The notes under the pieces are model-generated. The model worked only from the letters and a program-made list of their open reading frames with translations. It searched no databases and was not told the DNA's origin. A stretch of 64,000 nucleotides of DNA from an uncultured Acidobacteriota bacterium. GTDB lineage: Bacteria > Acidobacteriota > Thermoanaerobaculia > Gp7-AA8. Location of the stretch: NCBI GenBank assembly GCA_963822445.1, contig CAWGHO010000003.1, positions 1,408,001-1,472,000 of the forward strand, read 5' to 3'. Made by a program: the position numbers and the translations under genes. Within the stretch, counting starts at the first letter, position 1, and every line of letters starts with the position of its first letter. Shown piece by piece: positions 9,203-18,709 of the stretch.

Positions 9203-10102
9203 ATGAACAATCGGATCGCCGTCGCAGTGCTGTCGTCTCTCTTCGCGCTTTCGCTCCACGCGCAACCCCAGCCGCAGACGCTCATTCAACCGACCCCTCA
9301 GGCGAGACAGCAGCTCACGAAAACGTTGCAGGAGTATCGGGCGGCCAAGGACCGTCATGGTGAAGCGGTCACGCTCCTGAAGCTGGGGTTCACCGAGGCG
9401 GGACTCGGGAATGTCAATGGGGCGCGAAGCAACCTCGCAGAAGCTGTCGAGAAAATGCGCGCGCAGAGCGACCTCGTGGGGGCATGGATGGCGCTCCTCG
9501 TCCTCTCTCAAATCGAAGTCGCAGCGGGACGGCCGGCGGAAGCGCTTCCCCACGCCGAACGAGCATTGAGCACGCTGAACGAGGCGAAGGCTTCGACCGC
9601 ACCGTTCTCGCTCAAGACCTTGATGGCCCTTGGCGCAGTCTCCGGACTTCCACCGGAGATGGGCCAATTGCTCGAAGGCCCGAATGTGGGCGCGATCAAG
9701 TCGCTGATGATTCAGTACTCGTTGGAGCCGATGACGCACGACTTCTACGGCAGTGTGCTGACGGAAGTTGGACAGCTCGAGAAGGCCGAGGCGGAGCTGA
9801 AAGCGGCGGCAGCCGGCGCGATCTACGCGCAGGGCATGTACGACTTCTCGATCGAGTCGCATTTCGGCGATCTCCGATTCCGGCAACAGCGCTACGACGA
9901 AGCGCGGACACACTACGTGAAGGCGTTGAACGCCTCGTCGACGGCAGCGACGATGCTTCCCATGGGCGGCGGTCAGCAGATCCAGGCGGGCCTCTACGAT
10001 CGCCTGGTGCGCCTCGAGACGGTCACGGGTCATCCCGAGGAAGCGAAACGCTGGTCGCAGAAGGCGCGGGAGCTTGGCAGAAAACGGCCGGAAACCCGCT
10101 AA
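9203..10102 (+). CDS. Secreted TPR protein homologous to the N-terminal region of the adjacent CHAT protease
   Basis: SD GGAGG; signal peptide; TPR-like helices; colinear similarity to 10109..13291. Confidence 0.8.
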   Translation: MNNRIAVAVLSSLFALSLHAQPQPQTLIQPTPQARQQLTKTLQEYRAAKDRHGEAVTLLKLGFTEAGLGNVNGARSNLAEAVEKMRAQSDLVGAWMALLVLSQIEVAAGRPAEALPHAERALSTLNEAKASTAPFSLKTLMALGAVSGLPPEMGQLLEGPNVGAIKSLMIQYSLEPMTHDFYGSVLTEVGQLEKAEAELKAAAAGAIYAQGMYDFSIESHFGDLRFRQQRYDEARTHYVKALNASSTAATMLPMGGGQQIQAGLYDRLVRLETVTGHPEEAKRWSQKARELGRKRPETR

Positions 10103-10108
10103 AGACGG

Positions 10109-13100
10109 ATGTGTCTCTCGCGATTTGCGTCTGCGATGGCGGCTTGCCTCGCCCTCCTCGTGTCCCTCCCCGCGATCGCCGATGATTCGCTCGCCGGCAT
10201 CGGTGAGTTGATCATGACGGATCGTGCGGCGGAAGCGCGCGCGCGACTCATCAGCGCGCGTGATTCCTTCGTTACACAGGGTGACCGATCGGGCGAAGCA
10301 TCCACCGAGCTCCTCCTCGGCCTCGCCGAAACGGCGCTGGGTGATTCGACCGCGGCGCGTTCGCATCTCGACCGAGCCGCGTCGATGTTCCTCGCGATCG
10401 AGGAGCATTTCGGCGCGTGGCTCTCGATGACGACACTGGCCCAGTTCGAGACACAGAGCGGCCGCCCGCGCGACGCGATCGCGTTGCACGAGCGATCGCT
10501 CCAACTGCTCGACGCTGCGGCCGATCCGCAATCGCGACTCTCGGTCACAACGATCGAGGTCCTCGGCATCGTATTCGGCGCATCGCCGGAACAGATTCAA
10601 ATGCTCACCGCGGCTCCGGAGCTGACGAGAACGCTGAGGATTTCGCTCGCCGAGTTCACGAGCCGGATTGCTTACGGGCAGACTCTATTGGCGGTGGGAG
10701 AGCTGGAGAACGCGGAAGACCAGCTCACGCAGGCCACGACGATGGGGGCGATGTTCGGCAACCTGCTCGATGGAATGCTGGCGACACCGATGGGCGATCT
10801 CCGGAAGCGGCAGTGGCGATTCGACGAGGCGCGGCAGCATTACGAGACCGCGCTCACGACGGGTGTGATGCCGGGACGGGTGATTTTCGTTCGGCCTGCA
10901 TCAGTCCAGATCGATTTGCTCGGGAAGCTCGCAGAGATCGACGTGCTTACGGGGCACGTCGACGAAGCCCTCGCGCGGAACGACCTGGAACGAACGCTCG
11001 CCCGCGATTCCGAGCCGGCGCGTGAGCCGTGGATTTGGATCGAGCGCGGTTCTCTGCTCCAGAAGGCCGGCCGTGTCCGCGACGCGGAGAAAGCGTATGG
11101 CGAAGCGCTGGTGGCTGCCGAAAAGCGTCGCGAACGTCATCCCGTTGGTGCGGTTCACAGCGAGCTCGGGTTGCTCTACTTCTACGCCGGAAACTACGGA
11201 AAGGCTGCGGCCGACTTCGCGAAGGCGATCGAAATCTTTCAAGAGCTGAAGGAGGGCAAAGCAGAGTCCGTGCTGTGGACGCTGCTGGCGGACGTACACA
11301 TGGCGATCGACTCTCACGTCAGCGCCGCCGAGGCGATCGCGCGGGCGAAGGAGTTCGCGAAGACCAGTAACTTTTCCATGGCCGGCACGATCGCCGATTT
11401 CCTCGACGCGACGCTGAAATGGAGACAGGGTGAGCACGCCGACGTGCGCGGTGCCTTCGCAGCATTGTTGGCGGTCCGGGAAGACTACGGGCTGGTGATC
11501 AGCGACGAGGCGAAGCGGTTCATGACGGAGGTCGTCTCGATGAACATCGCAATGACGCCGCCCGACCCCGCGCGCATCTCCGGAGACGGTGTGGAACTAC
11601 TCCCATCGATGGCGCTGATGATGAGCGGTGTTCCTCTCGCGGCGCGTGGCGACTACGCGGAAGCCCGTGAAATCTGGAGCAAGGCGAAGGAGCTTCTCCA
11701 AAGCCGCGACGCGCAGGCGATCTTCGAGCAATTGATCGCTGGTACGTACTGGCGCGAAGGCAAGATCGAGGATGCGATTCGCCATTTCAAGAGCTCCACG
11801 GAAATCCTCGAGAGCGTCGCGACGGACGTTCCTGTCGAAGAGATGCTGATGAGTTACCTCGGTGCAAGGCACTCGCTGTACGAACACTTTGTGGAGGTGC
11901 TCTTGCGCGAGGGGCGCACGGTCGAGGCTTTCGAGGAGAGCGAGCGTGCGCGGGCCCGCGCGTTTCTCCAGATGATCGGAAACCGGCGTGTCGGCGCTCG
12001 CCGCGCCGATCCGCACCTGGTTCAACAAGCGGACATTCAGCGACGGCGCATCAGCGCGATGGATCAGTCCATCCGAACCGCTGCCTCCTACGAGGAAAAG
12101 GCGCTTCTGAAACGCGAGCGCGTCGCGGCTCGCCGCGAATACGAGGCGTTGATGGTCCGCGTGAAGATCTCGAATCCGGAATACGCGGCGCTCACGAGCG
12201 TCGAGACCGTGCCTGTCGATGTCATCCAGAACGAGCTGCCCGACGGTACGACGATGATCGACTATTTCGTTACAGGCACCGGCGTGCATGCATGGGTCAT
12301 CGACCGCGGATCGGTCGATTACGTACGGCTTCCGATCGATGCGACCGCGTTGCGCCGCATCACCTGTTGGGCAAGACAATTCAGCCCGCCCGACGACGAT
12401 GTCAACTCTCGCGGCGTGATTGTGCGGGCCGGCACTTGCAGCGACCGCGCAACCGCTGATGAAGCGTACGCGATGCTCATAGCGCCACTGCGCGCGATGA
12501 TCCGCCATCAGCGTCTCGTGATCGTGCCCCACCGCGAGCTGCACTACGTTCCTTTCGCCGCGCTGCACGACGCGGAACGCAATTGCTATCTGATCGAGGA
12601 TGCCACGATCGTCTATGCGCCGAGTGCGACCGCGTGGCGATTCCTCCGGCGTGACGAGCCGCCGGTCTCAGGTCGGGCGCTGGTCCTTGGCGATCCCGCC
12701 GGGTCGATGGGCGCCCTGGAGTTTGCCAGGCGCGAGGCGGAGATGGTGGCCAGCCGGCTCGGCACGAAGGCGCTGCTCGGTACCGACGCGTGCGAACGTC
12801 TCATTCGCGACCTCGATCCGACGGTCGATCTGCTGCACATCGCCGCGCATGCCCTGTACAACGGCGCCAATCCGCTCTTCAGTTTCATCGCGCTCGCCGC
12901 GGATGGGGAGGAGTACGACGGCAATCTCGAAGCGCAGGAGATTCTTGCGGATGTCGATCTGACAGGCGTGAATCTCGTCGTGGTCTCGGCGTGCAGCACA
13001 GCCGCCGGAAAACCGAGCGCCGGGGATGAAATCGTCGGCCTGACGCGAGCACTTCTTTACGCGGGCACGCCTGCTGTGCTCTCGACGCTCTGGGAGATCG

Positions 13101-13291
13101 ACGACATGGCGTCGGCGGCGCTGATGGATGCGTTCTACGAACGGTTGGTGTCGGGTGTTCCCGTCGCGGACGCACTGCGCGAGGCGCAACTGTCCATGCT
13201 GCATACGGAAGTATTCGCGTCGCCGAGGCTCTGGGCCGCGTTCTCGCTACATGGAGATCCCCAGGGAACGTGGCGGCAGGGGGCGCCGTGA
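10109..13291 (+). CDS. TPR-CHAT (caspase-like) protease with predicted signal peptide
   Basis: 'ERARARAF', 'LVIVPHRELHYVPFAAL', His in 'HIAAHA', Cys in 'VVVSACST', 'STLWEIDD', 'WAAF'. Confidence 0.92.
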   Translation: MCLSRFASAMAACLALLVSLPAIADDSLAGIGELIMTDRAAEARARLISARDSFVTQGDRSGEASTELLLGLAETALGDSTAARSHLDRAASMFLAIEEHFGAWLSMTTLAQFETQSGRPRDAIALHERSLQLLDAAADPQSRLSVTTIEVLGIVFGASPEQIQMLTAAPELTRTLRISLAEFTSRIAYGQTLLAVGELENAEDQLTQATTMGAMFGNLLDGMLATPMGDLRKRQWRFDEARQHYETALTTGVMPGRVIFVRPASVQIDLLGKLAEIDVLTGHVDEALARNDLERTLARDSEPAREPWIWIERGSLLQKAGRVRDAEKAYGEALVAAEKRRERHPVGAVHSELGLLYFYAGNYGKAAADFAKAIEIFQELKEGKAESVLWTLLADVHMAIDSHVSAAEAIARAKEFAKTSNFSMAGTIADFLDATLKWRQGEHADVRGAFAALLAVREDYGLVISDEAKRFMTEVVSMNIAMTPPDPARISGDGVELLPSMALMMSGVPLAARGDYAEAREIWSKAKELLQSRDAQAIFEQLIAGTYWREGKIEDAIRHFKSSTEILESVATDVPVEEMLMSYLGARHSLYEHFVEVLLREGRTVEAFEESERARARAFLQMIGNRRVGARRADPHLVQQADIQRRRISAMDQSIRTAASYEEKALLKRERVAARREYEALMVRVKISNPEYAALTSVETVPVDVIQNELPDGTTMIDYFVTGTGVHAWVIDRGSVDYVRLPIDATALRRITCWARQFSPPDDDVNSRGVIVRAGTCSDRATADEAYAMLIAPLRAMIRHQRLVIVPHRELHYVPFAALHDAERNCYLIEDATIVYAPSATAWRFLRRDEPPVSGRALVLGDPAGSMGALEFARREAEMVASRLGTKALLGTDACERLIRDLDPTVDLLHIAAHALYNGANPLFSFIALAADGEEYDGNLEAQEILADVDLTGVNLVVVSACSTAAGKPSAGDEIVGLTRALLYAGTPAVLSTLWEIDDMASAALMDAFYERLVSGVPVADALREAQLSMLHTEVFASPRLWAAFSLHGDPQGTWRQGAP

Positions 13292-13680
13292 GACGGCGCC
13301 TCATTGAGGACAACAGCAGAGACAAGAAAGCCGTCGAAATGGCGGCTACTACTCGCTCGTGGACGAGCCGATCGCGGCCGAGGTCTCTTGGGCGGTGCGC
13401 TCGCATCCCAGCCCGACGTGTGGGTGCTCGAGTTCACCCGCGGCGCGATGCCGAGGAACCTCGCCGGTGACTTCGACTCGGACGTCGGACCGGGCATCGG
13501 CGGCCCATACCCGCCGTGGCCGCGCCGTCGACGCGATTTTGCCGTCCCAGATGATGGGCGGAGTAGTGATGTGGCTTCATGGACGGCATCGTGGCAGAGA
13601 CGGGACGGATGCTTCGATGGGAACGAATGGTTGCAACTAAATCGGCGCGGCGGTGTCTTTCCCGTATGGGAGGCGACTTC

Positions 13681-13818
13681 ATGCTGGTCTGTGTTCGTTG
13701 CGGGAAGAAGATCACCGAGGCGGCGTACTGGTGTCCTTCATGCCGGTGGCATCTCTCCTGGTATTGCTCGAATGGGGGACGGTGTCACAAGTGCGGGAGT
13801 TCCTTGCAGAAGGTCTGA
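13681..13818 (+). CDS. Cys-rich zinc-finger microprotein (45 aa)
   Basis: SD GGGAGG; MLVCVRCG...WCPSC...YC...RCHKCG; 14 nt upstream of terB. Confidence 0.7.
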   Translation: MLVCVRCGKKITEAAYWCPSCRWHLSWYCSNGGRCHKCGSSLQKV

Positions 13819-13832
13819 GAAAGGGAAATGCG

Positions 13833-14273
13833 ATGGGTCTGTTCGACAAGCTTCGTGGTTCCAGCACAGTCACGTTCAATCCGCAGCAAGCTCTCATGAC
13901 GATCGTCGTCGCGGCGGTCAAAGCCGATGGTCATGTTTCCGACGATGAGATTCGTCGGATCCGCTCCCTTTGTGCTTTGAATCCTCTCTTCTCGACCAAC
14001 TCGACGGAGCAGGACAACGTGGTCCTGCGCTTCGCCGACAACACCACACATCAACTCGGGGAGCAGGCGGTCGCGCTGGCCGCGGCGGCACTTCCGCCGG
14101 CATTGCGGGAGACGGCGTTCGCGTATGCCTGCGACATGGTGCTCGCCGACGGCATCGTCACCACCGACGAGGAACACACGATCATCGATCTCGCGAAGAC
14201 GCTCGGGGTCTCCGAGGAACTGGCGCATGCGATTGTCACAACGACGCTCGTGCGCAATCGCGGAAACGAATAG
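13833..14273 (+). CDS. terB: TerB family protein
   Basis: Twin 'ADGHVSDDE' and 'ADGIVTTDE' metal-binding motifs. Confidence 0.85.
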   Translation: MGLFDKLRGSSTVTFNPQQALMTIVVAAVKADGHVSDDEIRRIRSLCALNPLFSTNSTEQDNVVLRFADNTTHQLGEQAVALAAAALPPALRETAFAYACDMVLADGIVTTDEEHTIIDLAKTLGVSEELAHAIVTTTLVRNRGNE

Positions 14274-14828
14274 ATAGGAGAGAAATCCGATGGCCAGCCG
14301 AACTTGCGACAATTGTGGCAAATCGAAAGACACCGCCGGCGGGAAGTCCTGTGAGAAGGGGCATTTCGTGTGTCACTCGTGCACGAGCCGGCACATTCAC
14401 TGTCCGCTCTGCCGACACACGTTGCGCTAGCGAATGGCCGCTTCCTGTCTGTGTCGAACGATCGCCGTAACCTCGTCGACAGCAACAAGCGTGACAGGAG
14501 GGCGTTCTAACGGGCCAGAGCGATGTTGGAAGGCCTTGATACACAGGCATCCCGGGCGTGAAGGGCGGAGCGGCAGCTTTTGGCCCTACGAGCCGTGTCG
14601 GAACGTTCCGTGGCGAAGGCACGCTGACGGTTGACGCTAGCTGGCAACAAGGTGGTACAGGCGGGACCGGTGGACCCGGCGGTGGCGGGAGTGACGGCTG
14701 CGACGGGCACATCAGCTCTGCACCGCGGTGTATTCTTTCCGTCCAGCTTCAGCAGTTTCAGCACGGTCCAGAAGTCGAACGTATTGCGGAATCACCGATC
14801 CATGTCCCTCTGATCATGGGGAGCACGG

Positions 14829-17800
14829 ATGTCAGGAGAGGCATTGCTGCCACGAGCGCATCGACGATTGCTTTTGGGGTCAGTGCCGCTGATTGCGATC
14901 GCGATCGCCGGTATTTTCGCCGTACGGTTACGGACCGACTCCACCGAAGCGTTCTCGATTACGCGTTTCCTGCCCCCGTCGTTGTTGCGCACCCGTCCAG
15001 TCGAGGCCCGCGTCAGCGGACTACCCTGGGCGCCCTTTGTTCGTAAGGTGCCCGCAGCAGTTCAAAACACCGCCGTCGCCACTCGCGGGGAGTCGTTCGA
15101 TACGGAAGGACAGCGCCAAGGTCTGATCGAGCTGCTCACCGGCGACCCGCGTGACGCGGTCGCAATGCTCGAGACCGCGTCGGCCGCGAACCAGCCGGCC
15201 GTCTGGAGCGATCTCGCCGCCGCGTACTACGAGGCCGCGGTTCGGCATGACGCGCCGGAGCTTCTCGCGAGCGCGCTTGCCGCCGTCGATCGCGCCCTCG
15301 CGTTGGAACCCGATCGCGCCGAAGCGCTCTTCAATCGAGCGCTGATTCTCGATCGCCTCGGCCTTCGCATCGATGGACGCGCCGCGTGGTCCCGCTATCT
15401 GGCGACCGATCCCGAAAGCGGGTGGAGCGACGAGGCGCGGAAGCATCTCGCGGCGCTTCCGCCCGAGCGGCCGTTTCTCGAGGTCCTCGATGCCGAGTAT
15501 GACCGCGTCCTCCGCGATCCCTCTGCCGCGGAAGCGCTGTACGCACGTGATCCATTTGGCGCTCGCGGACAAGGCGTCGTCGAAGTCCTGGGACGCTGGG
15601 GCCATGCGATGGTGCGCGGTGACGAGCGCGAGGCCGCGCGGCATCTCAGCGTGGCCAGAAGACTTGGAGATGTAGTCGCTCGCGGCGGCGATCGGACGCT
15701 GCAAAAGGCCGTCGCCGCCATCGATCGCGCGCCCGACCGTCGCGCCCTTGCCGCTGCACATGCCGACTTTCACAAGGGCATGAAGACGATTCACGACTCG
15801 CTCGAACAGGCTGAGGTTTTGCTCCTGCGGGCGTCGGCCGCGTTCCGCGAGGCGGGGAGTCCGATGACCTTTCCCGCAGCGCACTTCGCCGCGGCGTGTG
15901 CGTACATGGCCGGACGCCGCGACGAAGCGGCCCAGCGGCTTGAAGCGCTGCTGGCCGCAACACCGTCCGACTTTCCGGCCTATCGCGGCTTCATGTTGTG
16001 GCAGCTCGCCAATTACCGGGACACGCGCGGCGAATGGGGTGCGGCGATCGAGCTCTTCGAACAGAGCGCTGCGCTTTTCGAGCGCATCGGCGAGCGTGGC
16101 AATGTCGCGACCATCCGCCAGATCCTCGCCGCGATCTACGACAAGACCGGTGATCCGGAGACTGCCTGGAAGAACCGCATTGCCGCCCTCGGCGGCCCGG
16201 GCATGCGCGCTGGGAAGATCGATGAGCTGAAGGTCTGGTTCATCGTTGAAGCAGCGATCCTTCGCCGCGAATGGCACGTGGCCGTGTCGTTCCTCTCGGT
16301 GTATGTCGAGCTCGCACGTCGGGCCGATAGCGACGTCGTGCTCGCCAACGCATTGCTGATGCGCGCCGTCGTCCACGATCGTCTCGACGACCGGCGACGG
16401 GCCAGCGAAGACGTCGAAGAAGGAAGGCTCATCGCGTCGCGCCTCGCGGACGCGACGTATCGCGACAAGTTGCACGCAGCAGAATGGCGCTCCCTGGGGA
16501 TGCTGCGCTCCACGCCTCCCGCAACGGCGGATGCGATGCTCACCCGAGCGATTGAGTACGAGTCGACGGTCGGCCAGGCGAGTGCAGTTCCGGGACTGCT
16601 GTTGCTGCGCGCGCGGGCGCGCCGTCTCCAGGAGAACATTTCCGCCGCGCTGGAAGATGTCGAGCGCGGCATCCAGCAGTTGGAGCGCTACCGCGAGTCT
16701 CTGCCGGAAGGCGCCGCCAGATGGGGGGCATTCCACGCCGCCGAGGAATTGTTCGAAGAGGCAGTCGATCTGGCGATGGTTGCCGGCGACGGAGAAGCAG
16801 CCTTCCGTTTTTCGGAGAAAGCCCGCGCGCGGTCGCTACTCGACTCGTACGGCGCCACGTCGCATGCGGACATCCGTGCGATTCCGGCGGGAACGGTCAT
16901 CGTCGAGTACGTGACGCTTCCCGCCAGCGTCGTCATCTTCGTGGCCGACAGGAACGGCGTTCACGCCGTGCGAGCGCCTTCGTCGCGTGATGCGCTGGCT
17001 TCTGAGATTCGCGCATTCACTGCTGCCCTTCGGAAGGATCAATCTTCCGAAGCGTCGCGCCGGGCAGCCTTGCTGTATGGCTATCTCCTGGCACCGGTCA
17101 CATCGCGAATCACTGGTGCCGCGACCGTGGTCTTCGTGCCGGACGCCACGCTCTCCACGGTTCCATTCGGCGCTCTCGTGAATGGCGAGGGCGAATATCT
17201 CTTGGAGCGCCACGCCGTCGTCGTTGCACCGAGTGCTGCCACCTTCAACGTCGCGAACGAACGCCGCCGTCAACGGTCCGCTCCGCGTTCGGTACTCGTG
17301 GTCGCTGCGTCCGCACCGACGGCTGATGGGGCAAGCCTCAGGTTCGTCGCCAGGGAAGCGAAAAGGATTGCGGAGAAGTATCGAAGCGCGTTCAGCCTCG
17401 GCGAAGCCTCCTCTCAGTACGACGAGCTGGCGAAATGGGCATCTGCCGCCGACGTCATTCACTTCGGCGGCCATGCCGTCGGTGATCCCCGTGGGTACGA
17501 GCCTGCGTCGATTGTGTTGCGCAACCAGGGCGTCGAGCGGCGCGTCGGCGTCGCGGAGATCGCGAAGTTGCGTCTCGATCGCGCGGCGGTCGTCGTGCTC
17601 GCGGGCTGCAGCACGGCGCGCGGCGAGCATCGCGCTGCCGAAGGCGTGATGAGCGTCGCGCACGGATTCCTTGCGGCGGGGGCGCCATCCGCTGTGGCGA
17701 CGTTGTGGCCGATTTCTGACGAAGCAGCGGCGCGATTTTTCCCGCGCCTGCACGAAAAGCTGGCCGCCGGACTGTCGCCGGCCGAAGCGCTGCGTGAGAC

Positions 17801-17873
17801 GCAACGCGATGCGATCCGCGACGGCAACATACCGCTGTCGCTCTGGGCGGCGGTTCAACTGATTGGGAGTTGA
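14829..17873 (+). CDS. Membrane-anchored TPR-CHAT (caspase-like) protease
   Basis: N-terminal TM; TPR 'EALFNRAL'; 'EKARARSL'; His in 'HFGGHA'; Cys in 'VLAGCST'; 'TLWPISD'. Confidence 0.9.
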   Translation: MSGEALLPRAHRRLLLGSVPLIAIAIAGIFAVRLRTDSTEAFSITRFLPPSLLRTRPVEARVSGLPWAPFVRKVPAAVQNTAVATRGESFDTEGQRQGLIELLTGDPRDAVAMLETASAANQPAVWSDLAAAYYEAAVRHDAPELLASALAAVDRALALEPDRAEALFNRALILDRLGLRIDGRAAWSRYLATDPESGWSDEARKHLAALPPERPFLEVLDAEYDRVLRDPSAAEALYARDPFGARGQGVVEVLGRWGHAMVRGDEREAARHLSVARRLGDVVARGGDRTLQKAVAAIDRAPDRRALAAAHADFHKGMKTIHDSLEQAEVLLLRASAAFREAGSPMTFPAAHFAAACAYMAGRRDEAAQRLEALLAATPSDFPAYRGFMLWQLANYRDTRGEWGAAIELFEQSAALFERIGERGNVATIRQILAAIYDKTGDPETAWKNRIAALGGPGMRAGKIDELKVWFIVEAAILRREWHVAVSFLSVYVELARRADSDVVLANALLMRAVVHDRLDDRRRASEDVEEGRLIASRLADATYRDKLHAAEWRSLGMLRSTPPATADAMLTRAIEYESTVGQASAVPGLLLLRARARRLQENISAALEDVERGIQQLERYRESLPEGAARWGAFHAAEELFEEAVDLAMVAGDGEAAFRFSEKARARSLLDSYGATSHADIRAIPAGTVIVEYVTLPASVVIFVADRNGVHAVRAPSSRDALASEIRAFTAALRKDQSSEASRRAALLYGYLLAPVTSRITGAATVVFVPDATLSTVPFGALVNGEGEYLLERHAVVVAPSAATFNVANERRRQRSAPRSVLVVAASAPTADGASLRFVAREAKRIAEKYRSAFSLGEASSQYDELAKWASAADVIHFGGHAVGDPRGYEPASIVLRNQGVERRVGVAEIAKLRLDRAAVVVLAGCSTARGEHRAAEGVMSVAHGFLAAGAPSAVATLWPISDEAAARFFPRLHEKLAAGLSPAEALRETQRDAIRDGNIPLSLWAAVQLIGS

Positions 17874-17887
17874 AAGGAGGTAGGCAA

Positions 17888-18658
17888 GTGAAGGTCTACA
17901 TGACGGGACTCATCTACCTGAACGGCTGTAACGGAGATGTGCGCGCGTACGCGACGCAGGCGGAGGGGCATCACGCGAGCCTGTGGGTCGAGCCGGATGA
18001 TTTGAACGAAAGCCAGACGTCGTGGTGGGAGGGTCTGAGGCGCGACCCGCGTAGCGTTGGCAAAGACCAGATGGTCATCGAGTTCGAGATCCCCGGTCCG
18101 GCCGACATCAAGTTCCCTGGCTCAGGCGAGGTCACGTGCTCCGGTCTCGAGGATGGACTTCCAAAGCTGAAGAAGCAGAAAGCGAAGCAAAAGGCCGACG
18201 ATCCGGACGAACCGGTGCAGGCATTTCAGGTCACTCCCGGAGCGGCACTGACGAATGCGGAGGTGGCCGTCGAGGGAGGGTCGATCACGCCGCGTCGTTT
18301 CAAGGAGGTCACGCTCGTCGAATGGACGATCACTGACCCGGGTCTCGCGATCGTCGTCACATCACGCGACGACCCCGCCGATTCACGGACGATCACGCTG
18401 AATAATGCTGACGCCGAGGTGCTCTTCCTGAACATGCATGAGCTGCCCGAGAAGCATGGCGAGCAAGACACGCGTGCTGGCGATCATGTGCATCACCACC
18501 AGAATCTCAATCCTGACCCGAGCGTGACCGTCTTCGCCGTCGACGCGAAAGCGCCCGGTCGCGTGGGCCAACTCGCAAGCGTCCGTTCAGCAGCTCTCAA
18601 CTTCATCAGAGACGGCGGGTGCTCGTGCGGATCGTCGACTTGCTGTTGCGATAATTAG
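17888..18658 (+). CDS. Hypothetical protein with His-rich patch and Cys-rich C-terminus, directly downstream of the CHAT gene
   Basis: Strong SD AAGGAGG before GTG; 'HVHHH'; ends GGCSCGSSTCCCDN. Confidence 0.75.
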   Translation: MKVYMTGLIYLNGCNGDVRAYATQAEGHHASLWVEPDDLNESQTSWWEGLRRDPRSVGKDQMVIEFEIPGPADIKFPGSGEVTCSGLEDGLPKLKKQKAKQKADDPDEPVQAFQVTPGAALTNAEVAVEGGSITPRRFKEVTLVEWTITDPGLAIVVTSRDDPADSRTITLNNADAEVLFLNMHELPEKHGEQDTRAGDHVHHHQNLNPDPSVTVFAVDAKAPGRVGQLASVRSAALNFIRDGGCSCGSSTCCCDN

Positions 18659-18676
18659 CCGCCACGACTGAAAGTC

Positions 18677-18709
18677 CAGGAGTGCGGCGGCAGAGACGCC
18701 GCACTCCTG
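18677..18709. repeat. REP-like palindrome between convergent genes
   Basis: CAGGAGTGCGGCG-GCAGAGA-CGCCGCACTCCTG. Confidence 0.75.

Noticed and set aside
13288-13660. Possible ORFs directly after CHAT-1 (13270..13470, 13304..13948)
   Set aside because: No recognisable motifs or convincing composition; may be a decayed gene
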